Below, piece by piece: positions 1 through 13,241 of a stretch of DNA of 64,000 nucleotides. Every line of letters begins with the position of its first letter. Positions within the stretch are counted from its first letter, which is position 1. Source of the DNA: Octopus sinensis (taxonomy: Eukaryota); the NCBI RefSeq assembly GCF_006345805.1, contig NC_043010.1, forward strand, positions 35,402,001 to 35,466,000. Reading direction: 5' to 3'. The notes beneath the pieces are model-generated. The model was not told where the DNA came from. It did not search any database and was given only the letters and a program-made list of their open reading frames with translations. Made by a program: the position numbers and the translations under genes.

Positions 1-174
1 GTTTTGGAAACAAAACACGATGTCAAGTATTGGTGTTAAAGTAATTACACATATCAATTTCTTTTCTGTATTGGCATGAGTTGGATAAGGCATTTATGTT
101 CATATTCTCTAAGAATCCCTGGCTTCTTTGATGGGACAGGAAATGCATATACTATTGACATTCCAATATATATA

Positions 175-208
<34 letters not shown>

Positions 209-484
209 CAGACAGACAGAGAGAAGGTGCGCACGCTTATTTCATTGACTGAGATGAAATCAATTAAAGAAAGTTTAACTAATACTAGCGAATTGTTTTG
301 GAAACAAAACACGATGTCAAGTATTGGTGTTAAAGTAATTACACATATCAATTTCTTTTCTGTATTGGCATGAGTTGGATAAGGCATTTATGTTCATATT
401 CTCTAAGAATCCCTGGCTTCTTTGATGGGACAGGAAATGCATATACTATTGACATTCCAATATATATATATGTGTGTGTGTGTA
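1..484. repeat. Near-identical direct duplication, period 294 bp
   Basis: 1-~190 recurs essentially identically at 295-~484; both copies end in (TA)n(TG)n. Confidence 0.9.
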
Positions 485-511
485 TGTGTGATTATTATAT
501 ATATAATACAC

Positions 512-540
512 ACTAGCAGAGATACCCGGCGTTGCTCGTA
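512..540 (-). mobile_element. Helitron 3' terminus
   Basis: Minus strand cgagcaacgccggg (degenerate GC hairpin) followed ~9 nt later by CTAG|T, the canonical Helitron 3' end layout. Confidence 0.55.
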
Positions 541-924
541 GTTAAAATGGCGTATTTTTTCTTTTTTTTTGTTTTACTTGTTTCGGTCATTTGACTGCGG
601 CTATGCCGGAGCACCGCTTCTGGTCGAAGAAGTCGACCCAAGGATTTATTCTTTGTAAGCCAAGTACTTATTCATCGGTATGTTTTGCAAAACGGATAAG
701 TTACGGGGACGTAAACACAGCAACATCGGTTGTCAAGCGATGCTGAGGATACAAACACACACACACACACAAATATATACACATATATACGACATTCTTC
801 CTTCAGTTTCCGTGTACGAAATCCACTCACAAGGCTTTGGTGTACCTGAGGCTATGTGTGTGTGATATAATAGATATTATATATATATATATATTATATA
901 TATAATATGTATCACGCAATATCT

Positions 925-1100
925 GAGACCTCCTTCGGTCACGACACAGACCATGGGATTGCACCTAGGAAGTTACCCTCCCAGGCACAAGTCCGGGCGA
1001 GGTTGTTTATGGAAAACCAGCAGTCGCCCGTGCATACCAGCCTTTCCTCTCTGCACCACTGATGTTATCTAAGGGAAAGGCAAAGGCCAATACAGCTTGA
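925..1100 (-). mobile_element. GC-richer repeat fragment resembling the 5' region of an RTE-derived element
   Basis: GC-rich island between (TA)n tracts; family resemblance from memory only. Confidence 0.35.
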
Positions 1101-1269
1101 CACTATATATATAGTACATATATATATTCATAAAATAAGGATAAAAATCATGTTAGTGTTTATTATAAGGTAGTCAGTATGGAATAAAATTTAATATTTA
1201 ATTTATATATATATATAGAGAGAGAGAGAGAGTGGAAATCTTTCAGAGAAAGTACATGAGAAGTGAAAC

Positions 1270-2500
1270 TTTTGTAACAGGTAGTCATGCTGGATACATA
1301 GTTTTCTCTCCTGACATTCCGTATCCCCTTCTCGGTTAACTCTAAGGCCCTTTGATTCTAGACTTTGCTTCTATACCTGGAACTTCTCTTCTAGTTCTGG
1401 TAGTGATTCAACTATAAGAGCAAGGACATCAGCATAGAGGAGCTCCCAGGGGCAGCCTGTCTTAAATTCCTCTTATTGCCTGGAGGATTATGGTGAATAA
1501 GTATTGGTGGGGGTGGGGGGCTGAGCACTGATCCTTAGTGAAGCCTTACTTGTATCCTGAATTCTTCACTGTACTCATTGCCAACCCTCACCTTACTGGT
1601 AGCATCCTTGTACATAGCTTGTACAGCTCTCACCAACCACTTGTCTATCCCTAGTTTCCACATTGACCCCCAGATAAGGGATCAGGGGACCCTGTCAAAG
1701 GCTTTCTCCAAGTCAATAAAGGCCAAGTACAGAGGTTTATCTTTGGCTATGTATTTCTCCTGCAGCTGTCTTACCCGAAATATAGCATCAGTGGTGCTTT
1801 TCTCTGGCACAAAACCAAACTACATCTCATCTAGGCTAACTCTCACCCTAATTAGTTGGACTATGACTCTCTCCATAACTATCATCATCTGATCCAGCAA
1901 TTTGATACTTCTGTAATTATTTCTATCTAAAGCGTCACCTTTACCTTTGTAGCAGTTGACTATGGTGCTGCTACAGCAGTAATTGGGCATGACTCCTTTG
2001 AGAACCACCTGATTTACAGTACAGGTGACTAGACTATAACCCACACTGCCAGATATTTTAAGCGTCTCAGCAGTGATTTGTGATGGACCAGAAGCTTTCC
2101 CTGCCTTCATTTCCTTAATTGCTTTATCTACACTTTGATCTTAGCCAAAAGGCCGAGAAGCCAAGGTACTGTCAATTTGGATAGCTGGTTCCTCAGTTGG
2201 ATCAACATTTGGCAGATCCTCCTCCTCCCATTCTCGACGTTCAGCAGTCTTTCATAAGACATTTCTAAGCCCCTTTTTTTGCAGAATTATTAAATGCAAG
2301 TGCACCATCATCCATGCAGACACATTTCTCTCCTATGACATCACAATTTTCTTTTACACAGTCTTGCAATCCAAATCACTTCAGTTCTTTGGTCCTCACA
2401 TCACTGAACATAGGCAAACTTCTTCTTTCTGTTTCTCCCTGTCTCCTAGCTTCCCTGCTGGCTACCTGATACAGTTCCCTGCTACCCCCACTCCTCTGGT
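1270..2500 (-). mobile_element. Degraded RTE-clade LINE, reverse transcriptase region
   Basis: MKAGKASGPSQITAETLK...CYKGKGDALDRNNYRSIKLL, FGFVPEKSTTDAIF, FIDLEKAFDRVP, EEFKTGCPWELLYADVL; stops and frameshifts present. Confidence 0.9.
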
Positions 2501-3729
2501 TTGAAGGTTATTTGAAGAATTAAATAGTTATAGGTTATGATAGTACATGTTAGTATTACAGGTTAGATGAGTGAATGAATGAATGAGGCGATTAAAAAAA
2601 CGAGAGAAAAATTTTTATCCTTGCCATGCATATCATGAAACAACAGTGAATCAAGCGGCATGAAAATCTAAGAAAACATGCACTGAAGATCCTTTATAAG
2701 ACCCGCAGCCAGAAATGGCCAAATAAGATGGCCAGTTTTGCCACGGGAAATAGAAATAGCAGCAAGTAGTCATTGTGAAGAGGGAGTGATGGCCAGATTA
2801 CTATTGTTGAGGAGTGAGAGACATAAAAAGACAAGGATGCAACACACATGCACACAAACATGAGTGGGTGTGCTGAAAAGTTCTTGGCGTTGGGTAGAAA
2901 CTTTTCAGCACTCCCTCATGTATAAATATGAGATTGGTGGGAGTGAATGGCATGGTGTGAACAGATTGGATTGTCACAGTCCAAATCAGTTATTTGGACA
3001 GTTACTGCCTTCCTACACATTCGTTTTATAGATTACACTAGAGAAGTTGTCAAGTCCTCAGCAAGATTAAAGAATCCTATGTACTGTACATCAGCTGTGT
3101 CCATTCAAGTTAAACAGGATCAAGAGAGTAAATATAAGAAAGAATATGAGGATGATGAAGGAGGCACCAGTAGAGTTATGGTTAAAGTTAGAGACAGTGA
3201 TAAGTGGCTACACATTAGGGGACAGGATGGTGAAAGGAGGAGTGATGGAAATAGGGGAAGAGAAATGTATATCAACAAGAGCAAAGTAATCTATTTCAAT
3301 GAAGATTGATAAGGGAGGAAGTAATGTGTGAGAGCCTGAAGAGTTGAAGGATAATGAATATGAGTGATAATCAAGGCAAACTATGAATAGCAATAGAAAT
3401 GGGCAATAGTAAGAAAGAGTAGGGGTTATCATTGAAGAATGATGTGGTGATGGGGGGGAGGGATGATGAGGATAAGGAATTTTGAATATAGACAATTCCA
3501 GTGCGGATCCTTTATTTGACAGCCATTATGATGAATGTAAGTTTCAGTGATAATGAGCAGGTTTAATATAGACTGAAGGGATATCATGTCTCATTTTACA
3601 GGTGCCATGAGACAGAGAATAGAAGGAGTGCTAAATGAGAGAGTAAAAAAGGCTTGAGAAGAAAACTTAGCAGAGATATAATGAGTGAGAGACCCAAATG
3701 TAGCTACTTCATAGACCCTAACCTGTCTC

Positions 3730-5290
3730 TACCACCGCCACCATTTTAATGACTGTTTTGCCATAGTTGCATGGGTAGGCAGGTCTTCTTCAGCACTGCA
3801 TAGCATCAGTCTTCACCACTTTGTCCCATGTCCTCCCTAGCTCTCCCCTTTCCACATTCATGCCAAACACCCATATCTTCTTTATACAATTTATATCCTC
3901 CATAGCCATCATGTGTCCATAAGAGTGCTATCTTCTTTGTTGCACACTACAGCTGATTCCCATTATATCTAGCTTTTCTTTCAATACATTTGAGTTTGGA
4001 TATTCATGCACACTGTCACCATCAGAGCATGCTCATTCCACTTTACTGCCAACTTACCTATGATCCCATCACACCTCTTGTACAGCCATAGTTTACATAA
4101 AGCACACTTCATATAATTTCTACCTATTGTTCAGTATATCAATTACAACTATCTCCTTGACTGTTACTGGATCCTGTCTTCTCTCCTACTTATTAAAACT
4201 TGAGGCTTTGCTAGGTTTACTTGGAGATCTCTTGATTGTAGTTTTTACTTCCATATCTGGGATTTCTTCTAGAAATTCAGCTATAATAATTTCTACAATT
4301 CAGCATACATGAGTTCCTATTGACATCTGTTTGGGTCTAGAAGGCTAGGATAAACAGAAGGGGCCACACACTAAATTCATTGCTGTTTATTACCTTGCTG
4401 ATTGTGCTTTAGTACATGGCTTGTATGACCCCCACAAGCCATTCTGGCCCTAGTTTCCTTAACAATCACCAGACTACAGAGTGCAGAACTCTACTAAATG
4501 TCTTTTCTAGGTCAACAAATACTATGCATTGGGGCTTACTCCTAGCTAAGTACTTCTATAGTTATCTCACTAAAAGGATGACATCAATGGTATCCCTTCC
4601 TGGCACAAAGCCTAACTACATCTTAACTAGAATAATCTTGTTTGTAATCAAATGTGCTACAACTCTTTCTGCGACTTTAATAACCTGGTCTTTCTGTTTG
4701 AGGTCCCTGTAGTAGCTTCTCATTAGCACATTTCCTTTGCCCTTGTAACATTTGATAGTGATAATGTTTTGTAAGTCTTTGGGTATGATTCCGCCCTGTA
4801 CTTCTTGACTGTTTGTGCAAGTGACTTACATGTGACCTACTTCACCAGATACTTTAAGCAACTCAGCAACTATCCCTGATGGATCTGCTACCTTTCCTGC
4901 TTTATATTATAAATTGCATTTACCACCATATTGTTGCCAACATGAGTAGCTGGTCCCAGTCCCTCTATTATGTCTACTTGTCTTTATCCAGCAACCTCTT
5001 CAAATAGCATTTCCATACCTCTTTCCTTTTGACATTGGTATGGATAAGTGTACCGCTATCTTTTTCATACACATTGCAAACCTCAGCTTTCTGCTTTTTT
5101 TTTTATTGCTAAGTATATCTAACATTTGACTGTTCTAGTTATCTGATATTTCCTCCTTTCTTCCAGTCTTTTCAGACTGGCTCATAGATTTGTGACTCTA
5201 TATATGGTACTATACCACCATCATGTCACCTATCTGACCGAAGCCTTGTAACAGTCACATAGCTGGTGCGTAGGTTGTCTGCTGAGAGCT
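3730..5290 (-). mobile_element. Second, more degraded RTE LINE (RT to 3' end)
   Basis: Homologous to 1270-2500 (KGKGNV, GFVPGRDT, VDLEKTFSRV-like segments) with an RTE 3' region near 3750-4100. Confidence 0.75.
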
Positions 5291-5610
5291 TCAGACCAAA
5301 TATGTGTCTGATATATTAAACATGTTCCAAAGAAACCGGATTATATAAATAATATGTGTGTGTGTTAATTCTTATGGCTTTTGTTTACTGTTTCATAGAA
5401 GTAATCTGGTTTGTCTGGCATTGGTTTGATACAGTGCCATTTTGTTATTTAAATAACTAACAGGATGTTATTCAGCTATATGTATTTGCCATAACAAACA
5501 GGACTCCCTTCTTCCATTTGTTTCATACTTTGAAGAAGTATTTGACCCAACATTTATCAAAATTAAATAAGGAAAAGCATTTAAATTTTTCACTGTGTGT
5601 ATGATTAGTA

Positions 5611-5976
5611 TTCTTTTATTTGCTTCAGTCATTTGACTGCGGCCATGCTGGAGCACTGCCTTTAGTCGAGCAAATCGACCCCAGGACTTATTCTTTGTAA
5701 GCCTAGTACTTATTCTATCGGTCCCTCTTGCCGAACCGTTAAGTGTCGGGGACATAAACACACCACCATCAGTTGTCAGGCAATGTTGGTGGGGGAGACA
5801 CACACACACACACAACGGGCTTCTTTCAGTTTCCGTCTACCAAATTCACTCACAAGGCTTTGGTCGGCCCAAGGGTATAGTAGAAGACACTTACCCAAGG
5901 TACCATGCAGTGGAACTGAACCCGGAACCATGCGGTTCGTAAACAAGCTACTTACCACACAGCCACTCCTGCGCCT
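5611..5976 (-). mobile_element. tRNA-derived SINE family A, near full length
   Basis: Minus-strand head ggcgcaggagtggctgtgtggtaag...gggttcagttcc (A/B boxes) and tail ...aatgactgaagcaaataaaag. Further copies at ~572-850, 9560-9868, 12235-12575, 15925-16285, 20437-20799, 24410-24750 and 26955-27320. Confidence 0.85.
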
Positions 5977-6389
5977 ATGTGAATGTAGTTTGTACTATTA
6001 ACTATTCGTGATCAATATTTGAAGTTATTTATATACTACTATTATAATCACCAGCATGCATCTGAAAGACATTGTGTTTGATTTGTAACTAATGCATGTG
6101 TGGATATATTTCTTTACATACACGGTCAGTATTTGATTGTATTTTGCACTACTGGCTATTGTCTCTCTCTTGCTGTTGTCAGTATGCCAATATGTTTTGG
6201 GACTACTGATTATTAGTTCAACATATGTGATCAGTATTACGATGTAATTATCATAGCCACTAATATCTGAAAAATATTGTATGTCTATGTAACCATATGC
6301 TTGCGATTGTATCTCTGTTGCATGTATGTAAGTATGCAGCTATATATATATATATGTATGCATGCATATATATATATATATAGATAGAT

Positions 6390-6965
6390 GCAGGTGTGGC
6401 TGTGTGGTAAGAAGCTTGCTTCCCAACCACATCTGTAGAACCTCAGACAAATGCCTTCTACTATGGTCTCGGACCAGCCAAAACCTTGAGTGGATTTGGT
6501 AGATGGAAACTGAAAGAAGCCTGTCGTGTGTGTGTCTTTGTGTCCATGTTTGTCCCCGCCATTACCACTAGACAACTGGTGTTGGTGTGTTTACATCCCC
6601 ATAACTAAGTAATTCAGCAAAAGAGACCAATGGAATAAGTACCATGTTCTAAAAAATAAGTTTTGGGGGTTGATTCATTCAACTAAAAAATTCTTCAAGG
6701 CAGTGCTTCAGCATAGCCACAATCTTATTTCTTTACTGCCCACAAGGGGCTACACACAGAGAGGACAAATAAACGGATTAAGTCGATTATATCGACCCCA
6801 ATGCGTAACTGGTGCTTATTTAATCGACCCCGAAAGGATGAAAGGCAAAGTCGACCTCAGCGGAATTTGAACTCAGAACGTAGTGGTAGACGAATTACCA
6901 CTAAGCATTTCACCCGGCATGCTAACGTTTCTGGCCACAGTCTAATGACTGAAACAAATAAAAGA
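6390..6965 (+). mobile_element. SINE family A interrupted by a family B SINE (6726-6933, minus strand)
   Basis: Host tail is split; insertion flanked by gccacaatct (6716-6725) / gccacagtct (6934-6943). Confidence 0.8.
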
Positions 6966-9868
6966 TGTGTGCGTGTTTATGTGCATATAGATGTGTATGT
7001 ATATGTATTCATGAAAAGGGGAAACATTCTGTGTTTATCAGTTTTGCAGAAAGTAAAGTTGTTGAGGAAAACTCAGCAGCAAGTTTTTTCAGCTGAGGAG
7101 TTTGACCTTAAGAAACAGAAGGACAAACTGTTGAAAATCTATGCTGCAAATGATTATCAAATGTAATTACAAAATAGAAAATCATACATAGAGCGAAAAC
7201 TGAAGATCATGATCATTAGTTGTAAAAATCCATTTATCAGTATCAATAGGAACATATATTGTTTAAGGGACTACTGATCATGAAGCAAGTTAAATATTGA
7301 AGGTAATCATGTATATTCACAAGGCTTCTGATACAAATTTACGTCAAAGCATAGTATTAAATATTTAAAGAGTTGTGATGATATGGTATCCACTGATTGA
7401 TTGTAGAGCAACTGAGAAATTTCTTAATGTATTGGCAAACATCATCACTGATAAAAAATTTTTAATAACAGATGAAGGTATACAACGGTGACAAAATAGC
7501 ATTGTTCTGGTGTTATTGTGGCAGGAAAGCATTCACTGCAGCTGATACACACATGCATCCACATGCACATTTATATGTGTGTGTGTCTATATATAACGTG
7601 GATTGTCTGTATGTCTGCTTTGCATTCAGAAGCTACGAAACTAACATCTCCCAGACCATGTATAGTATTTATTATCTTACAAGGAAGATTTATGTAATGT
7701 TTATTTTGAGAAATAGCAGCCAAATCGCTCTCAAACTGCACCTTATTATCAGTGAATAAAGATGGAAAAAGGAAGGACGCGGAATTGGAGTTGTATTAGC
7801 AATAAGCTAAAACCGATAAAGTTGGAAAAGAGTAAATAAAAATAGATTAAAAATACATCTCTCTTGATATCAGATTCTGTTTTTCTTCCTCCTTGGATCT
7901 CTCTTTAATTTTTTCCCTTTTCTCTCATTCACTCTCACACTCTCTCTCGCTCCCCCTCTCTCTCTTCTCTCTATCTCTCTTAGTCTTTTTTCCTCTGTCT
8001 CTCACTCTCTCTGGAATAGTAGAATAGAGAGAGATAATGAACAAGAACCACATACAAAGAGACAGACATAATAAGAGCGACAGCAGGGAAAATGGTGGCA
8101 ATGGTTTTGTTTAGATTTTTATCACTATCTCCTATGGCAGCTTCTGTAAACAATCATTGGGTTTCAACATTTTTTAAGTTCTAGAAATAGCAGCCAAATT
8201 CTAATGGTCAATATGTGTTCATAGGTTTGTACAGAGCAATGTTGTCACAGCCTGATAGAAATGGCTCATTGAAATCTCAGGTATGGCTGTGTGGTAAGCA
8301 GTTTGCTTCCCAACCACATCATTCTCAGTTCAGTCCCACTGCATGGCACCTTGGACAAGTGTCTTCTACTATAGCCTCAGGAGTGGATTTGGTAAATGGA
8401 AACTGAAAGAAACCTCTCATGTATATATATGTATGGATGTATGTACTAGACTACCCATGACTCCTTGGGTCACCAGGAAAGTCTGAATTTCCCAACAATG
8501 GAGTTTTGTTTTGTGGGAATTTTTTTCTTTTCCAGGTTATTTTGCATGCTTTCAATGAATGTAACATCGAAATCACGCGTAAATGGCTCCTTTCACCAGA
8601 AAAAGGAAGATTTGGCTGCTATTTCTTGCATGCCCTGCTACCATGTAGCAGATATTTCGGGTCCTTTATTGCAAATAGCTTTACATGGTTATGTCAACAT
8701 ATCTCACTTCGAAAGAAACCTATGGAAAAAAACTATTTCACACTGAGGTTTCAAATGGGTCTTTTATGAAATATTTACTGTATTTTTAAAGTCATTTTCC
8801 CTTAAAAATATTTTGCCCTCATAATGTGTCTAATGGAAAGGTTAGAGTTTCTCCCCTTTCCAGGTTAAGTTATTTTCAGAGTATGTTCTCATTATGCATT
8901 GTTTTGGGTATTTATACTCCCAAAACCCTGAATAACCACTGGTTTGATTTACACAAAACTTATTTTATTCCATTTGTATTCACATTTCAGGGGCATTTTA
9001 CTTTCAAAGTATTTTCCAATTATGTGCCAGTTTGGCTGTGTAACATTGCAAGCAAGCAAGATTGAAGTTCATTTTTAATGTATTATAGATTGATAGATGT
9101 ATAGATCTATGTATGTAGGTATATGTATTTATTTCTGTGTTTAGACCTCACCACCACTTTACAACTAGTGTTGGTGTGTTTACATCTCTGTAACCTAGCA
9201 GTTCAGCAAAAGAGATTGATAGAATAAGTACGAGGCTCAAAGAGATAAGTCCTCTGGTCAATTAGTTTGCCTAAAATTCTTCAAGGCAGTGCCCCAGCAC
9301 GGTCACAGTCAAATGACTGAAACAAGTAAAAGATAAAAAATAGTATCTTATGCTTGTATGAGCCAATTATCTTAGTTTTCAAAATAACCATGCAATTTCC
9401 ATGGATACTGAGATTGTAAACCCAATCAATACTTTACCAGTATAAAATTTTGTTCTTGTAAACTATGGCTGCTGACTGTAGAAGTCATCCTTTTATTAAT
9501 AGTTCACCTTGTCATCAATATATGTGTGTGTGTGTATATATATATAAATATATATATACTTTCTTTTGTTTCAGTCATTTGACTATGGTCATCCTGGAGC
9601 ACTGCCTTTAGTCGAGCAAATCAACTCCAGGACTTATTTTTTGTAAGCCTAACACTTATTCTATCGGTGCCTCTTGCCAAACCGCTAAGTGACGGGGACA
9701 TAAACACACCAGCATCGGTTGTCAAACAATGTTGGGTGGGGAGACAAACACAGGCATACAAACATATATATACATACGACAGGCTTCTTTCAGTTTCCGC
9801 CTACCAAATCCACTCACAAGGCTCTGGTCGGCCTGAGGTTATAGTAGAAGACACGGTTGGTAAGCAAG

Positions 9869-10184
9869 GTAGACGAACTTCAATTCATAATCCAAGTTAG
9901 TACAGAACCAATATACATTCTACAAATTGTTTCAGAGTCTAATTAATTCCAAAGACAAAAACGAAGCGTTATTTGTTCATCCCCGTCTGGGCTATGAAAG
10001 GTCTTTGTATATTTTTGTCTGTCGTAATTATTCATACCAGTATGTAATTCCTGAGGAGGAATCTAACTTTTATTTCACAAGGAGTTTTTCATTTTCGTCT
10101 TTGGAATTAATTAGACTCTGAAACAATTTCTAGAATGTATGTTGGTTCTGTACCAATCTGGATTATGAATTAAAGTTAGTCTAC
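9869..10184. mobile_element. Inverted-repeat relic (~95-bp arms), probably Penelope-like pseudo-LTR junction
   Basis: 9869-~9965 is the near-perfect reverse complement of ~10087-10184; encloses a hammerhead core. Confidence 0.6.
10037..10145 (+). ncRNA. Degenerate type I hammerhead ribozyme motif with extended stem II
   Basis: ATTC-CTGAGGA-GGAATCTAA...TTAGACTCT-GAAAC-AATTT-CTA-GAAT; stem I ccagtat..attc / gaat..atgttgg. The inverted copy of the 3' half reads GAAACAATTT-GTA-GAAT (canonical GUA). Confidence 0.55.
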
Positions 10185-10297
10185 ATTTGCAATTTTTCCT
10201 TTCCTTATACTTCATTAGCTGTTTTTGCAAATACTGAATATATATCTTTATAATTATTCTTTACTTGGACTGTACCGGCGGACTTGGATGCTTGACA

Positions 10298-10660
10298 GCA
10301 GGATAATGCTAGGCCAGTATAATACAGTGAGGATGACATTCCAAGGGCTGGAGCAGTTTAAATGGGAAACAATGCCCCTACCACCATAATCGCCAGGCAT
10401 TACCCCATCTGATTATCATTTATTCCTCAGTCTTCAAAATCATTTGGACGGAAAAAATATGAATTCTGTAGACAAGGTCAGAACAGTATTGGAAGAGTAT
10501 TTTTTGTCTCAGTCAAGTGAATTTTGGAAGAAGGGCCTTGCAAGTCTACCAGATAGATGAAGGAGGATATATTTTAGATTAAAAAAGAACTTTGTTTATC
10601 TTAATTTTGAAAAATAAAAGAAGAAAAAAAAATCCGCATTATTTATGTGATGACTTAATA
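10298..10660 (+). mobile_element. mariner (DD34D) transposase C-terminal remnant with right TIR
   Basis: QDNARP...WETMPLPP*SPGITPSDYHLFLSLQNHLDGK...FWKKGLASLPDR*; ends ccgcattatttatgtgatgacttaa-TA. Confidence 0.85.
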
Positions 10661-11099
10661 CTTAACAATCCTTCTATCTGGCTATCCACTTTTATCAATC
10701 CATCTATCTAAATACCTTCTCCTCTCAGTATCTCTGGTATGTGGAGTGTTTAAAAATTGTTGTAATAACTTCATTATTTACCATCAGGTCTCATATTAAC
10801 CCTTACGAAAAAAAAAAAACATGTAATTATGATACAGAAATACATTATCTTTATTATTATTTCTAACAGCATTAAAGAAGGCAAATGACTGGCAAAGTTG
10901 TTAAAGCATCAGTTAAAATGTGTTGCATTACTTGTTCCAGCTCTTTACATTCTGGTTTCAAATCCTGCAAGGACAATTTAACCTTTCATCCTTCTGGTGT
11001 CAATAAAATAAAGTACCAAGGCTCTGGGGTCAGTGGTATTGGCTAAACCCACTTCCCCAAATTTCAGGTCTTCTGCTTATATTTGAAACAGTAGTATAA

Positions 11100-11560
11100 A
11101 GGTGAAGTTTCTGCACATTTTAAGTTCAGATCTCACTCAAATCCTACTTAGCTATTTCTGAAGGGTCAGGAACGGAGCATGTATGTATGGGTCAAAACTG
11201 AACCCCAGGAGAGATTGCATCTGATGGAGTGTGGATCTAAGAAAGCTCCAGTAGAAGTAACCAATACAAAAGGTGAGAAATGGGTGGGGGCCATAGGCAG
11301 TTATGCCTGGAGATTTGTGTATCAGGTAGCTGAAAGCTATGCTGATGTTAAGGGCAATAACACTGTTTACACCAAATTTCACAAGAATGAGAGCCTGTCA
11401 GTGAGTGATGTAGGAGAGTAAGTTTCAGTTAGATTTAAATTTATAAAAGCCATGTTGATGGCCATTAAGGAGGAAGAGAGAGTCAAAATATCGGAGAAGA
11501 TTGTTGTTGATGGCTATCTCCTGCACATTTGAAATGTTGGAAGTAAGTGTGATAGAATGA
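11100..11560 (-). mobile_element. CR1/Jockey-type LINE reverse transcriptase remnant
   Basis: FGVNSVIALNISIAFSYLIHK...AYGPHP resembles the (A)LDISKAFDRVWH...YG RT motif. Confidence 0.55.
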
Positions 11561-11724
11561 TAATTAGCTGGTTATCATCTCCCACTGGGAAAGTGATAAA
11601 TTCCATATCTCATATCCCATTCTCAAGAAGTAAAATAGGACACATTACAGCATGTTTTCAAAGATCAAGTATTATCCCTATTAGAGAGAGACATTTTATT
11701 TACCAATTATTTTTCTACTTTCAG

Positions 11725-11821
11725 CTGTAGGAAAAACCAGTCTTATCATTCGTTATGTTGGCGGCATATTCAGCAAGCACGTCAGCCCAACGATAGGGGC
11801 CTCATTTTTCACACATAAATT
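11725..11821 (+). CDS. RabX1: Rab GTPase (RabX1-like, Rab5/22/31 group), first visible coding exon (end of G1, G2)
   Basis: Acceptor ttttctactttcag|, donor |gtaagt. Phase-1 start, translates (A)VGKTSLIIRYVGGIFSKHVSPTIGASFFTHK(L), containing GKTS and PTIGASF. Not in the ORF track. Confidence 0.9.
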
Positions 11822-12864
11822 GTAAGTTGTTTTTTTTATTCATGTTTACATTGGTGTTGTTATTCTCTTTTACTTCTTTTCTTACTTTAGTAATGTGGTG
11901 TGTGATTAATATTGTAAGAATCAAGTTTTACAAATGAAATGACAATTGTAATATACATAATTAATTACTGAAAACCAATGCCACACTTTCTAATTCATTG
12001 TTAATTCACAGGGAGGAAGCTCAGCAAAAATAGCATTTACAGTTGATCAGACAATGAAATGTTGGCATTCCCATGTTGCTTACCATCAGCTCTTGTCCTG
12101 TGATACATTTTTTTAATGACTTAGTCAGACGAAGAAAGGAAACACCCTGTGACCTTTTGTAGGACATTTCAGACAAAGTGAGGAAGAAATCATGCGATAG
12201 GCATGGCTGATTCGTTAAGAATTTCACCTAATAATCACATGGTTTTGGGTTCAGTCCCACTGCAAGGCACCTTGAGCAAGTATCTTCTACTATAGCTCTG
12301 GGCCAACGAATACCTTGCCTTGTGAGTGAATTTGATAGACAGAAACTGTGTGGAAGCCTGTCATGTATAAATGTGTGTACTGCTTGATAACTGGTTGGTG
12401 TTGGTTTGTTTATGTCCCTGTAGCATATAGGTTCAGCAAAAGAGACCAATAGAATAAGAACCAGACTTCAAAAAATATATACTGGCATCAATTTGTTTGA
12501 CTAAGCCCCTTCACGGTGATACCCCAGCATGGCCACAGTCCAATAAATGAAACAAGTAAAAGATAAAAAGATAACACGTAATGCTCTGGCATTAACTATC
12601 TTTACATTGAAAGGCCTGGTCTAAATTCTTGCAACAGAGGGGAATACGCTAAAGGTATCTGAAGGCCAGATGTTAATATTAAACTGAGTGACAGATAGTC
12701 TGTAAGTCAAAATCTATGAAAAAATTTAGACAAGAAGGGTTAGAGGACCCTTTATTATCTATAAATTCAGAGTAGTAATGTCTTTATTCACTAAGAAATG
12801 AAGGTGTCTAACCTAACTTATCCACTCCCCTTAAAACTGCTGGCTTTGTGCCAAAATTGAAACC

Positions 12865-13183
12865 ATTATTATTATTATTTTCCAATTGGTTTGCATTTTA
12901 TTAGGTCTCTCAGCCAGAGACCTAAGGCACATATATATTAGATGGAGAGAAACTTCCTGAGATTGTGGGTGGTTGGCATCAACACAATTTTTTGAGTCTC
13001 GTAGCTTGTTGGTTTCCCAGGGACCTGGTCAGAAAATTTGTCAGTACTTTTCTTAATCATTCCCAGGACACCTACAACAAGAGTGGTGGTTTTGGTTTTT
13101 AATTACCATGTTTTAGATATCTCAATCTCAAGGCCCTTATATTTCGACAATCTTTCAAATTCCTTTGCTAAGATGTTGCTATC
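12865..13183 (-). mobile_element. 5'-truncated Dong/R4-clade LINE (restriction-like endonuclease C-terminus) with (TAA)n tail
   Basis: Manual translation DSNILAKEFERLSKYKGLEIEISKTW*LKTKTTTLVVGVLGMIKK...ETQKIVLMPTTHNLRKFLSI*, then a short UTR and (TAA)n. Confidence 0.8.
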
Positions 13184-13241
13184 TTCTTCTTCTTCTTCTT
13201 CTTCTTCTTCTTCTTCTTCTTCTTCTTCTTCTTCTTCTTCT
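13182..13241. repeat. (TCT)n microsatellite
   Basis: Pure trinucleotide run. Confidence 0.95.

Noticed and set aside
2861-2918. Small inverted repeat gtgctgaaaagtt / aacttttcagcac
   Set aside because: Most likely a collapsed mariner-type MITE; too short to support more.
2947-3495. Overlapping 120-aa and 95-aa ORFs
   Set aside because: Purine-biased degenerate sequence with no recognisable domain; probably an old LINE remnant.
7040-7166. Acceptor-like ttttgcag followed by a lysine-rich ORF as Rab exon 1
   Set aside because: No KxxxxG P-loop start and no suitable phase-1 donor.
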